Below, one piece after another: positions 50,233-62,739 of a DNA stretch of 64,000 nucleotides. Numbering within the stretch: the first letter of the stretch is position 1; each line of letters starts with the position of its first letter. The notes beneath the pieces were generated by a model, which was not told the origin of the DNA, made no database searches, and saw only the letters and a program-made list of their open reading frames with translations. The translations under genes were made by a program, and so were the position numbers. This DNA is from Tubulanus polymorphus (lineage: Eukaryota; Animalia; Nemertea), in contig NC_134026.1 of the NCBI RefSeq assembly GCF_964204645.1, positions 13,886,050 through 13,950,049 of the forward strand, read 5' to 3'.

Positions 50233-51990
50233 AAATAAATTGCCCATGGGCAAAGTGTGGTTTACCTTGAAAGCTAGAGGTTGTTTGGAATAAGGGAATT
50301 GCTTGAAAAATCTTTTTAATAAGTGACTTCAAAGTTCCACAAGTTTATATTGTATTTTAGGCCTATCTTTCTTAAAGAATTATTTTGCAGTCAAATAAGA
50401 CCAAAGATATACATTTGTTTACGGTCCACGTCCAAAATTTTGTAGGATACAGGTAGGCGCGGCAGGATAACTATTTTTTAATTTCAAAAAATTTTGTTTC
50501 ACAATATGAAAAAATGTACAAATAAGGCCATCCCAAAATAATTGGCTGTTTGCCGTAACACTGACTCAACTTTTCAGAAGGAGTCGGTAGGTAGGTAGAA
50601 ATTTATTTTTTGCTAAATTTTAGGGCAAAGAAAAAAACAAATTTTGCACCTTTGGGCTTTTTTACATGGAAACAATATCGCAAAAAATCATCTACGTTGT
50701 GCACCAGAAATTTGTCCTATAGCGTAGATTTTAAGAATTATTCTAAAATTATAACTTCGTCCAGAGCGTCATCTCTGTGTTAAAAATGAAACAGTACATT
50801 GAATATGTGCGCGCTTTTACCTTACCAGCTTGAATATAGTCACTATTAGAATGAATGGCAGCTTATTGGAACACTGCCAGTTTCCTGGAAAACTTAAACT
50901 GGGCCACCTGTCAAGGCATGTTTTCACACGATGCTCATACGTCGGCAGTGGGTCGGTCGGTTGGTCGGTCGGCCGTTTTTATCAAAAATAAAATTTATTT
51001 CAATGAATCACAGAAAAACATTTTCACTCAGTACCTTTGAAGTCGGGTCGGTAGGGTTACGGCAAACAGACCATTATTTTGGGATGGCCGAAAATTCATA
51101 TGATGTCACATATCAGAGGGTGGCTGAATAATGGGTCTTGGAAACCTCTTCCAATGTTGGCCGCGGAAGCTAAAATACCGGTACAGAAGAAATCGGCTAT
51201 TAGATCGTTTTAAATGCTGGAATTTTCCACTACAATATTCAGACCTCGACAGACCTTATAGTTAGCTACTTAGTATTTTCACAGCCACAAAATTTCAATT
51301 TATTACAAATTCTATCGAACAGAAAACACAGCGCTCATCTTCATCAATGATTATTCAGCCTATTTTCATGTCAAACATGCACGCGTTATAGCATCACCCT
51401 TAGTAGTGTACTGTAAACATGCACGCGTTATAGCATCACCCTTAGTAGTGTACTGTACGAGCTTGTGTGTCGTGTAGCACTCCGCGCGCAGTGAATATTC
51501 GCTTACACCTCAATGTCAATCAAAACAGTCACCGGGTATTAAAATGAAACAATACCTATGGCGGATGTGTGAAATAATTACATCCTCACCAGCAATGAGC
51601 ATTTGAAATTCGCACGTATACGGCACCTAGTCCAATGAAACGTACGCCATTCTATGGCTTTCCCATAATTATTTTGGTAGCGCCGGAATTCCCCGTATAT
51701 CCCAAAAACAGCCCATCCCATTCGCTCATAGGACGATGCCCCCCAATCGAGGTCATTGCAATTTTATACACGAGAGCTAAGAATTTTCCTGCCAAAAACA
51801 GTTTTTCGTAGAATTTTAATTCAGTTGACCATGTCATCGACGGAGGTTCGCCATGTCTTCAATCGCATCGATTATACGTCGTTTAAGCCGAGAACCAATG
51901 AAACAAATGCTCACATAAAAAAACATACCGCGATTTTATATGAAATGGCTCAATGCCAACATCATATCGCTGACAAAGGTAAACCAAAAA
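50233..51990 (-). mobile_element. HINE family B, copy 3, containing the full-length Harbinger MITE at 50527-51089
   Basis: Same termini as copy 1, MITE at the same site as in copy 1, and an internal tandem duplication of about 42 bp at 51373-51457. Confidence 0.8.
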
Positions 51991-52497
51991 GCGAAACTTC
52001 ACACTCTGCATTAATAATATTAAAATATTCATTTGTTTGACAAATCTTCCTCTGAACTCCCACCAACAAGTTATAAGTGGCGACACGAAAATGACGTCAT
52101 CGACTCACTACCATCTTATAACCTTCATGACGTAGTCATGTGTATGTGCAACAGTCTAAAAATGCACAGGGGCTTGTCACAATTTGATGGAAGATGGATG
52201 ACACCAGTATCCCTATTCTTTTTTATATGGGGATACTGGTGTCATCCATCCTCCCATCAAATCATGACAAGCCCTTGTGTAAAAATTATTAGCGCTCAAG
52301 CGCACGTGGAGGCCTTATGAGTTGGTGAATGCTCGCTTACACTTCAATGTCAATTAAAACAATCGCAGGCTATCAAAATGAAACAATACCTATGGCAGAT
52401 ACGTGAAATAATTATATTCTCATCAGTTTCTTCTACTGAAGTTTCTTCTGGTTAAGAAATCGCAGAAAGTACAATTTTGATGGCATTCGCCCTTTAA

Positions 52498-53425
52498 CCC
52501 TTTCAATACCACATAGTGTCTCCGCTGCTGTACCGGAGGAAATTTAAGGGTTTATAGGGGTATATTTGAGGCTTCATAGAATAGTTACCAAGGTATCTGA
52601 CACAGAAAAATTATATAGCATGTTGTTGATAACTTTTAGGCCAACGAAGTATACATAAATTATGTGGGTATAAGTGAACTTGAGGTCAAGGTCACATACT
52701 CCAAGATGGCCGCCATGAAAAAAATTCACGAAAAAGTTTCAGATAAACTGCTCTGTTTCCCAGCAAAATGCAATGATCTATTCAATTCCAACTGAAATAG
52801 TATGCCATATATCCTCATTTTATGTAGTAAAAGAATAGAACAACTAAAAAATTTATTTTTCCACTCATTTACCCACTTTTCCACCGATAGGACGGAAGGC
52901 CGGATGTAAGGGGTTTCATTGGGGTATAATTTCAGGCCTCAGAAAATTGTTACCTATCTATTTGACACAGATACATTGTATACCATGGTGTTGATAACCT
53001 TTGGGCTTACATATAAGACAAATAGTTGGATATATGTGACCTTGAGGAGGGACAGTTTCTGGTTCTTCATTATTATTGGTGTCCGTTGCCATGACAACCG
53101 TATCAACAGGGTCTAAAAAAATTGTCACTGATTTCATTTTCATCATCAAAATTATTGCCGGCACTATAAACCTATTTTCTGACTAAGTCTGATCATCTGA
53201 ACTGCTGCTGTCATATTCGTTACTTCGAGCTACTGAACCGTTTCATCCAGCCAAATTGTTTTTTTCCTGGCTGTTGCCATCTTGGATTCTATGCAGATGC
53301 ACCAGCTGATACTGATAGATATGCCTTTCTAGAAGAAGGGTTAAGCGATACCGTATCACATACGGTACGGGTATCCTAGCTTGCCAATTTGTACCGTATG
53401 CCATACGGTTGTGGTATTGTAAGGG
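52498..53425. mobile_element. piggyBac-like non-autonomous element
   Basis: TTAA|CCCTTTCAATACCAC ... GTGGTATTGTAAGGG|TTAA (14/15 TIR match). Confidence 0.75.
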
Positions 53426-53608
53426 TTAAGGCAAAACGGAGCAGTTAGCATCCCTGCAAGTTTGAAAACTAGAGGACTCAAGGTCCTGAGACATGAAATA
53501 TGTAAGCTCGATCAACAAAATCAACAAAAACGTTGCGGTAAGGATTGATATTGCCTAAGATACGATTAGAAGGGTTGTGAAACGAAGGTATCATTTTAGC
53601 CATCGGTG

Positions 53609-53848
53609 CATGTTAAATCCATACACTATCAAGTTATACTTAGCATACCACCGGATACAGTCTGCTCTCGGCACAATCGCCAAGAACCCATGACATAGGC
53701 CAATGACCATGAAGTCCATGGGGTACAAGCTTCACATCCGTGTGTTTATACCATTGTTTTGAAGCTTTTCACAGACTGAACCAAAGGCCAGCTGCTAGCT
53801 GTACTCTTAGGGCCTGGAGCTAGTCTAACCATCGACCAAGTGGAACAG
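53609..53848. repeat. Unclassified interspersed repeat, copy 1 (copy 2 at 59920-60171)
   Basis: Shared GGATACAGTCTGCTCTCGGCACAATCGCCAAGAACCCATGA..CAAGCTTCACATCC..GACCAAGTGGAACAG. Confidence 0.75.
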
Positions 53849-54495
53849 AATGAATATTTTCCAGCAGTCTCATTAGCATTCTTGTTCGAAAGAATGATTA
53901 TGGGAATTTATGACTTGATAGAGCCAGGAGAATGATACAATTAAAAACAACTACGATGAGGGCGTAGGCACGTTACTGACAAGCTAGTTACCTAATCGTT
54001 GGTGGTTAAAGCTTTTATAATCGGGTGGGATATTTGTGAAAATTTCGAATCTGAAACTAAACCGGCCACATTCGAGTTTAAAACAACTTACTGACAAAAT
54101 TATGTTTACCAACTTAAATGTTTTTAATGGTTTCACAATAGGAAAATTTTTTTATATTAAGAGTTGTGAATAATGTTTCTTCTGCTAATTCAAGACCTTT
54201 TTGACAAAACAAGCGTGTGGATTGTAGACTACGCGCGACTCGCTCCGTAGAGCGCAATATCTATTACTGATACATACACGGTGAAAACCGTGTGTATAAA
54301 GTGATATTGCCGACAGGACTGTAACTAATGTTATTGACGCACGCTCTCATAACTGTGCCAAAACTAAATACACATAATCGGGCTCTAAGAACGGATTGCT
54401 AACGGGAAAGTCCAAAGAATTAATGACGATTAATCATTTTACTTTATGGTAATAGTAAGAGAGTTTTCAGTGTTGCTCGACGTACTGCGATCTGC

Positions 54496-55293
54496 AACAA
54501 GAGCCCCAAGGGGCACTATGGCCAGCCTGTCAGCTTTCCATGAAATGGCAAATGATGATGCATTCTGTGGGTTAAATTTGTCAAAATACACTCTCAGCTG
54601 AGAGTCAATACCTAATAATTTACACAATCAATCGTAGAATACAAAAGTAGCACAGACAGGGACTGGATCTGGCAAGAAAAAATACCTCAGATAAATCTTT
54701 TCCCCTGGTCTTACTGATTTTAATGCGGAATAGAATTGAATTTTCAGAAATTTGTTCAATAAAGTAAAATTAAATTGGATTTAATATTTTTTTGCTGAAT
54801 AGAATTTGATTGTATTTGTAGTTTGAGCACATGGCTAATTAGCATATCAAGGTCATCTATCCATTTAAGAAAAAGCTATTTTTTCCGGACTTTGCACAAT
54901 GGTCAATGATGTTTTCTGTAGTGCTCATAAAAATATTCCTCCCAAAAACCAAATCAACTAAAGCTTTCACAGAAATTGATCTTTAAATACAAATTAAGAT
55001 CTAAAAATAAAACCTGGAAGTAAAACGGTAGACGATACCGGGGGTTCACGTGAACACCTGCTGATTTCTGCGGCTAAGCCAATCATAGAGGAGTCTTTGC
55101 CTTCTGATTGGCTTTTCAAAACCAATATTTTTGCGATCAGATATTCGCGAAAAAGCTCATATAAATTTAAACGAGGCCCTCTTTCAAAATTCAGCTACGT
55201 AGAGTTTGGAGAATGGATAATGCTTTAATGAATTTGTATGAATATATGCTCAGTTGCACAGTAAAAGAGCCATTGCTCTGGAAACCATGTCAT
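54496..55293 (-). mobile_element. HINE family C copy
   Basis: Starts AACAAGAGCCCCAAGGGGCAC; colinear with 28920-29748. Confidence 0.7.
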
Positions 55294-55940
55294 TTAATAA
55301 TTGCGGGTAGATTTAAGCATTACAGAGATAGGATCGTTTCCAGCCTTTCTGTATAGTATAGTTAGACGAGGGGTGTGCATTGGATCATGGGTAAAACAGT
55401 TGCATCATGGATGATTAAGATGGCAACCCCGGTGGTGTTTTAGCGTAGATTACGGTAAATTTTATCATTTTTACCAACAAGGTCAAAGCCCATATTCAAG
55501 TGCCTGAGGTCCATATCACCAATATGTAAACATTTCAATTAATCCGCTGACTCACACACACACACCAAGAAAATACCCAACTTTCGACCACGAAACGACA
55601 AAATACATCAGTCAAGAATATGCCTTCAAGTCAGAGAATATGCCTATGTAAATCGCTATTTCAAAAATGTATGCGTGGCACTATTTTAAGTGCGGACTAA
55701 CACAGGTTTTCTTCTTGACAGGGGCGGCACTACTTAAGAGTTTAAATTTTTTCATTTCGGCAATATTCAATTAACCAAGTAACAAAAATTCACCATATAC
55801 GAACTCAAACTTCTATGTTTCATATATAAGCGACTGTGAAAGTTTCAGACGCGTATGTGGCGTTACACGGACGTAATCGTTAGACGTGATGGATTTCACG
55901 ATAACAATAGGGCAACGTGTACTACCTACTGTGGTCCTAA

Positions 55941-56277
55941 AGCCGGGCGTAGGTCGGCCTTGCGACCTGACGTGGTCATCGCGTTGCGTCACAAGTGGCC
56001 GCGCAAGTCGGATGCGACGCGATTGTCAGCGACTGTGTGCGACTAGTTGCTCCCAGTCGCAAGCGCGCGTATATCGGTTGCGACGGTCGCGTCGCGTCGC
56101 AGAAAGTAGAACATGTGTGACTCATTGCGACTGGCGCCGCTGGCAGTCGCAACCCGTCGCTGGCAGTCGCAAGGTAGCGTAGGTCAGTTGCTCGTTGCAA
56201 CGCGCTCGTCGCTGGCGGTCGCAGCGAGTCGCGTCGTAGTGAGTCGCAAGCCGTCGAAGGCCGACCTACGCCCGCCT
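55941..56277. mobile_element. Harbinger-like fold-back MITE, copy 2
   Basis: TAA|AGCCGGGCGTAGGTCGGCCTT ... AAGGCCGACCTACGCCCGCCT|TAA. Confidence 0.8.
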
Positions 56278-56409
56278 TAAGGTAAACCAAAAATCTGGTC
56301 ATACTCTAAGTACATGTTTTTCTCCTCAGAAAAAGAATAAGCGGGGTGAGAACCAGAAATCACAGACCATGGTTCCCACAGTTAAATGAATTTAAGATTC
56401 CCAAGTACT

Positions 56410-56790
56410 TCATTGGTGATTTTTCAATTTTCCCAAATGGAAATTTGAAAAATCAGTGTTAAATTCTTTAACACTGTTTGGGGTACCGACATCGGTGCAG
56501 TCTGATATATATTATAGGTATATATTCCAACAGGTTATGTATCAGTTAGGAATTAAACAAAATATTTCTAGTGTTCATCACCCAGAATCTCAGGGTCTCT
56601 TGAACGTTTCCACCAAACCCCAAAAACATACTTTGAACATATAGTACACAACATGACATAGATTGGGATGAAGCAGTACCATTTCTATTTTTTGCTATGT
56701 GAGAAGCGGTTCAAAATTCTCTGGGTTTTAGTCCTTTTGAGTTGGTGTTTGGTCACCAAGTAAGAGGTCCATTGAAACTAATCTAAAAAG
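56410..56790 (+). pseudogene. Gypsy (Gmr1-like) integrase core fragment
   Basis: FGVPTSVQSD..LGIKQNISSVHHPESQG(L)ERFHQT..DWDEAVPFLFFA..SLGFSPFELVFGHQVRGPL. Confidence 0.85.
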
Positions 56791-57774
56791 ATGGCTAGAT
56801 ACAGATGAAGTTAATTTGTTGACTGTCAAAACAATGTTTTTATAGTTAATTCTGTTATTTGAGATATGTGTAGAATTAGTTTTATTTTAGAGATATTTAT
56901 TTTATTTCATATATTGAATTTTACCTTTGTTGTAATTACTGAGCACTGAAATGACATTTCTGTGGTTCAGTTCCTGTTGGATAAGTCCTTCTGTTAATGT
57001 CTTTTCCCTGAATAAGCAGTAGTCATACAGAGAAATCCTGATGTTTTATCCTATCTCAGGGGAAACTGGTGATTTTTACTCAAACAATGTGGGTACTTTC
57101 CTGATATAAAAATCACACGAATTCTGGTTTAGTTGTATAGCCACAAAGTTTATCAAAGGGGCAAGTTTTGTCAGGATTGTTGCATTATTGTTGAAGAGCT
57201 AGATCAGTCTAAGACTCGGTAAGAAATATTTAATTTAATATTACTCTTGTATTTCTGTTGATTATTATTATTATTATAAATGGTCCACTTTCCAGCCAAA
57301 AAAGCCACTTTCGCTACGGTTTATATTGTCACATACCACTGCAAATCAGAAGCATATGTCGCTATTTATAACAGGGAATCGGGCAAGCGAATCCAAACTG
57401 GAAGACACTTTGTAGAGCTGTAAGAACGGAGGGGGGGGGGGGCAGACCTGAAATAAATGAAGAATGCCATTAAGCAATTTAGATAAATATTCAGAATCTA
57501 GCTTTTGGAGAAAGGGCCGCAGGTGCAATTCACCAAAAAGGGGGTCTGGTCTAAGCTTTGAAAATGAGATGCATTTAGGTGCATTCTGAGCATTTCTTAG
57601 TTGATATTAGGAAAAGTATATGCTCACAATATCATCAATTCCACCACTGGGTACCTACGGATACCTACCCAAGGCGTAAAAAAGGATAATGATGATTAAA
57701 ATAGAGGGCACATTCAAGGAGGCTAAGAATATTTAATGTATAACATGAAGGTTGAAATCTATTTTAAGCCCATA

Positions 57775-58380
57775 AACTGTTGAAGAACTTTAAGATGTAT
57801 TCACCACCTTCTAACAAGCGTGACATCATGCGTTTTTTAGGAATGGCGGGATACAACAGACAGTTTTGTAAAAATTTCACACAAGTCCCTGTTTCTTTAA
57901 CACAGTTAGTGAAAAAGAATGCACAATTTGAGTGGAGTGAAACTTGTGAGAAATCTTTTTCAATTAACAATACATTTATTGATGTCAACTCCTTTTCTCC
58001 CAGCTCCAAATTTCGATAAACAATTTAAGCTTTCAGTTGACGCCAGTGATTTGGGTGCAGGCGCAGTTTTAGCTCAAGATGATGACGACGGTTTGGAACA
58101 TTCTTTATGCTTCTTTTCAAAGTTTGTAGCCGCGCAGAAAAATAACTCGACAATTGAGAAGGAATGCCTGTCTATAATCTTAGCTTTGGAACATTTTGAT
58201 GTCTATGCAAGTATGAAAATCTTTCCAGTAGTTATATTTACATTAACTTTCTTGTACAAGATGCAGAACAAGAATAAGTGTCTCATGGCTTGGAGTGTGA
58301 TACTGCAGTCGTATGATTTAGACATAAGACGTATCAAAAGACGCTGTAATGTTGTTTCAGATGCCCTTTCGCGCACGTAA
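57775..58380 (+). pseudogene. Gypsy (Gmr1-like) RT connection plus terminal RNase H
   Basis: MRFLGMAGYNRQFCKNF..FEWSETC; FKLSVDASDLGAGAVL..STIEKECL..NVVSDALSRT* (pol ends right after RNase H). A purine tract and TGTTAC LTR start follow at 58532. Confidence 0.85.
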
Positions 58381-60891
58381 TCTTACTTTAAAATTAATGT
58401 GTGCTGTATCTTCCAAATCATTATGATTTGAAGATTGAATCTGTATTAATTTATAGCATTGTCAGATTTTCTAGAACGTGTGTACATGTTATTTTCAAAA
58501 AATACATCCTTGAATCTTTTTAGAGTGAGGGTGTTACCCAGTGATTGTATTGTATAGTTACTGTATGTAAAGTGTATGTATGGTTTACTGACATCAGTCC
58601 GTTCAGAATGAATTAGTATACTTGAATGACTCCTATAAACTGAACCTATATAAATGTCTGTTACTGACCATAGCCAGTCCCAGCCACGGTACTTTCATAA
58701 ATGTACGTTCGTTCTAATAGTATACGTCTGGTGTTGTCATTAGTTTTGTGGGTGTAGTTCGCCCCTGGATTTTGTGTCCGAAAAGGAATTGGGTTTTTTG
58801 GCCCTGGAGTTTCATCCGTTACAATATACATACCTATCAAATGTAATACCTTTTCCAACGAGAGCAAATGATCTGGACGTTTCTCTTGTACCATTGTATG
58901 AAAGCTCTAAAAACTTCAATGGTTCATTCGAACCATTTGCAACACTAAGAAATGCCCCCATATTTTCAGATTGAACCCATTTCTTGTCCCTGGAATAGAA
59001 ATAAATGGACCAATTAGTACAGTGGCTAGCTCAGCATGCATTTCATTAGGGCAAAGGAGAGTCATTAGAGAATCATTAGACATGGAAAAAACAGTATAAC
59101 TTGCCTAACTCGGATCTCTTTAACATGGGGCTTGGCTTAAAGACTAAGACTAAACTTTATGAAACCGTTCATGGAATATCGTAGTTACTACTGCTGATTG
59201 TTACAACGAAAAAAACTTAATACAAGTGATTTGATAATGATAGTGGTTTAGCTTTTACAAGCAGATCATGTTGTCTTTCCATGAAGATATCACAGGAGAA
59301 CAGGACAGTGAGAAGGACTTCACTATTTTGAGGAAAAAAGTAAACTAAATAGACAGTCCCGAAATGTGTTTTCTGGGCTTAATTTCATCAAGAGCTAGAA
59401 CTCCACTAGTAATTCCCTTGTAGATTAATGTTTGATGCTCTATCCGTTAACTCCTTTTTCATATTTCACATCACCGAATGCCTCTTAACAGCACACTAAT
59501 TAAAGCCACAGCAAAAACTCAGAGAAAGTGAGGTACTCAATTGTACAACTTATTAAAACTTTATTGATAAAAAATAAACATTACATTTACACCTCGTAAT
59601 GTCAAGTTATTTGTCGTCACAATGTAACAGTAACAACAATAATATTTGAACAATTTTGCTTTAGAACTTAATTGTTTGAGATAGAAAGAACTAGAATGAG
59701 GTAAAGCCTTGTATGCCCTCGGCCTGAAATTCACTGCCACGTGAAGTTACAGGGTTTGTTGTAAATACGTTAAAAATATCATGGCCACAATTATTTCTAT
59801 AAGAATGATATTAGAGAACATGTGTACTAAGTGTAAACCAGAAAGAAACTTTCCATGATGGGTTTACGTGTTGACTCAGAACTAGAAAAGTGAGAGGAAA
59901 TAACTGTGTTGATGCAGTACATGTTAAATCCATACTATCAAGGTAAAACGTCAGTAAGTATACTTACCATGGCCACTGGATACAGTCTGCTCTCGGCACA
60001 ATCGCCAAGAACCCATGATATAGGCCAAACACCATGCAGTCCATGGGGTGCAAGCTTCACATCCATGATTAAACAAGAGTGTCCTGAAGCAGTTCACAGA
60101 CACCTTAAGGCCAACTGCTAGCTGTACCCTGAGGGCCTATAGCTAGTCTTACGATTGACCAAGTGGAACAGGAAAACAGCGGAAGAACACCAGAAACGCA
60201 AGATTAATTATGGGCATTTTGGACTTGACAATTTTGATCCCGTGAGACAATGACATAAAACAACTAAAACTTGAACATAAACTACTCGGGACAAACAAAA
60301 TCAGAAGCTGCTATATAACTTTTTCAATTTCAGGGCAGTACATATATTAAACCAGGATGGCCGGTTACTGTTGAAATCAAGTTCATCAACTGAATGAATG
60401 TGGCTTTCAATAGTTTCATTCATGATAGCTTTTAATAGTAAAGCGTGGGAAGCGTTATCTATTACTACACGTAATCGATACATAAATGGTTAACGGTTAA
60501 TGCGTTATTGCTGACAATGCAATCAACACGCGTCGTGCACTGAGTATTAAAGATATCAAAATCATCAGTGTTGTAAACTAACTACAAGATAGCCAGGCTC
60601 CAACGTTTGCTAACGTAATGGACCTGCTTACCCAAAAATTTCAACATCAGTAGTATTACATATTTATTTCAATAAACTAAGGGTCCAGGGACACCATGCC
60701 CACTTGGAAAGTGGTTTCAAATGCTCAACAATCTAACAACTTCAATATTCAACGCCCCCTGGTGACCATATACAAAACTAATGACCTTGAAACTCACCAA
60801 AATCAAAGAACATGTCAGCAGATACAATTTTTTAATTGATTGTGATAACAAAATATGCATAGGTACAAATATAACATAGAAATACTAAGTT

Positions 60892-62618
60892 GCCTAGTGA
60901 CCATGGGGATGGAAGGAAGAATGAACATCTAAGCTCCATGTAACTTCTACATATTTAACAGAAACAACATCTTCCAGCCATCTAACTTAGCAGGACAATG
61001 TTAAATAATACACAGGGATTCTTCTGAATATTGCTTCAACAACTACGATCTTCCCTAAGAAAATCTGTGAGTGTTTTAAAAGTGAAATCTGTGGGAAATC
61101 ATCCAAGCAACTTAGCAACCACCAGTCAGCAACCATTTCAGACAAGGGAAACCATGGCAACAAAGGTAAAGGGCTGTGACAAAAAAGAGCAAATTCATGA
61201 AGAAGCTCTGAAGTTTGCTGAGAGTCTAGCAGAACTGGACAGTGATTGTGATTCAACACTAGAAGATGATGAATGGGAAAACTATGAACCGTGCTCTAAA
61301 TGTAACCGTCTGTTTAATTTTGAAAACGAGATCGTCCAGTGTTCCAAGTGCGGTCAGTCAATTTGTAATAACTGCTCCAACGCAGCTGAAAATGCAGAGA
61401 ATCTGCCGGTTAAATATCTGTGTAGTCGATGTTTGACTGATTTTCAAACTGAGCAGAAATTTCAAGAGATGGAGACCATTAAATTGGAGATAAAGAACAT
61501 GAGAGAAATATTCTTTAACGCTATAGAAATTTTAGAATCCCGGATTACCAAAATACATCAAAAAGTTTCTGCAAAAGAAAGCTATAAAACAAATAAATGC
61601 ATAGCTGACATCAGAGAAAAAATCGAGACTCATAGTAGACTATTGGATACGAACTCAAAAAATCTCGATATTCTTTCAAATCAAATTAAGCAGATTGAGA
61701 GTGAAAATATGGTCTTCAAGAAATCTACCCATAAAATGGAAGCTGGATTTAACACTTCAACAAAAACATTGACAGAGGAAATCAGTGTTTCAAATAGCTC
61801 TTCAAATGATGAGAGACGGTCACACATTATCATATATAACATACCTGAATCAGATAATAAGATTATTTGTGACGACACTTCTCGGGTGGAAAGATTTCTA
61901 AATGGTATCATTAAACTTGGTGCAGCCAACTTAAGAGACATCAGAAGAATTGGCAATAAAAATCAAACGAGACCACGTCCCATAAGAGTGATATTTACCA
62001 ATGTAAATGATCGGGTTCAATGCGTAGAGAATTATATAAAATTAAAAAGGATCGAACCTGCAACACTCAACGGGATCCAATTAGCTAAGAACAGAAAAAA
62101 AAAGGAGCAACAACAGCATGTCAAGAAGAAGAGTGGAACCCAACTACAGCATGGATGTGTACCGGAACAGAACAATATATCAAAAACGACACTATTTATA
62201 ATATTCATGCTATATCTAAATATTGATATCACATTTTTTATCAATGTGGAAATAACTGAGAAAAACTTATTTAGATAACTTGAGTATTGATAACTATCTC
62301 AAAAGTCTTTCTCTAAAAAACTATTAGAACTTATTAACTATATATAGATAACTTTATTATTCTTTAAAATCTAAACTCGAAATGATACCGATAGATTATT
62401 GATATCAATATTTTTAACTAGTCATGTAATGTTACAATAATTCTAACCATTCTAACTGATCTAAAGAACATTTAACACGCATCTTTAAGATGGGCTAGGT
62501 GCAGATCAAACTATGAGCATCGAGAAATATCTTAAATATCACCTAAATTTATGTAAATTACCAAACGAGCCGGACATCAAAAGGCCTCAACATGATGATG
62601 ATGATGATGATGATGATG
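60892..62618 (+). mobile_element. ORF1-only non-autonomous LINE derivative (CR1/L2-type ORF1)
   Basis: Bounded by an AAGTT duplication (60887-60891 and 62619-62623) inside a known repeat unit. (ATG)9 tail. Single ORF, no RT or endonuclease. Confidence 0.8.
61154..62278 (+). CDS. LINE ORF1 protein: PHD-like zinc finger, coiled coil, RRM-like domain
   Basis: ACCATGG start; CSKC..VQCSKCGQSICNNC..YLCSRC; heptad-rich middle; ERRSHIIIYNIPES..RRIG..RPRPIRVIF. The C-terminal tail may be frameshifted after the A-run at 62095. Confidence 0.75.
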   Translation: MATKVKGCDKKEQIHEEALKFAESLAELDSDCDSTLEDDEWENYEPCSKCNRLFNFENEIVQCSKCGQSICNNCSNAAENAENLPVKYLCSRCLTDFQTEQKFQEMETIKLEIKNMREIFFNAIEILESRITKIHQKVSAKESYKTNKCIADIREKIETHSRLLDTNSKNLDILSNQIKQIESENMVFKKSTHKMEAGFNTSTKTLTEEISVSNSSSNDERRSHIIIYNIPESDNKIICDDTSRVERFLNGIIKLGAANLRDIRRIGNKNQTRPRPIRVIFTNVNDRVQCVENYIKLKRIEPATLNGIQLAKNRKKKEQQQHVKKKSGTQLQHGCVPEQNNISKTTLFIIFMLYLNIDITFFINVEITEKNLFR

Positions 62619-62739
62619 AAGTTATTGTATTATTCAACGCCCCCTGGTGGCCATATACAAAAACCAATTGACCTTGAAACACACCAAAATCATAGAACAC
62701 ATTATGAGCTGCAACTTTCCCATTGATTGTGGCTACGAG

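Larger units (their letters stand above)
60674..62735 (-). mobile_element. HINE family A end, interrupted by the ORF1-only retroposon
   Basis: AAACTAAGGGTCCAGGGACACCATGCCCACTTGG terminus; the 152-bp unit is split at AAGTT. Confidence 0.65.

Noticed and set aside
55855-56302. Arg/Ala-rich ORFs on both strands
   Set aside because: Artefacts of a GC-rich fold-back MITE.
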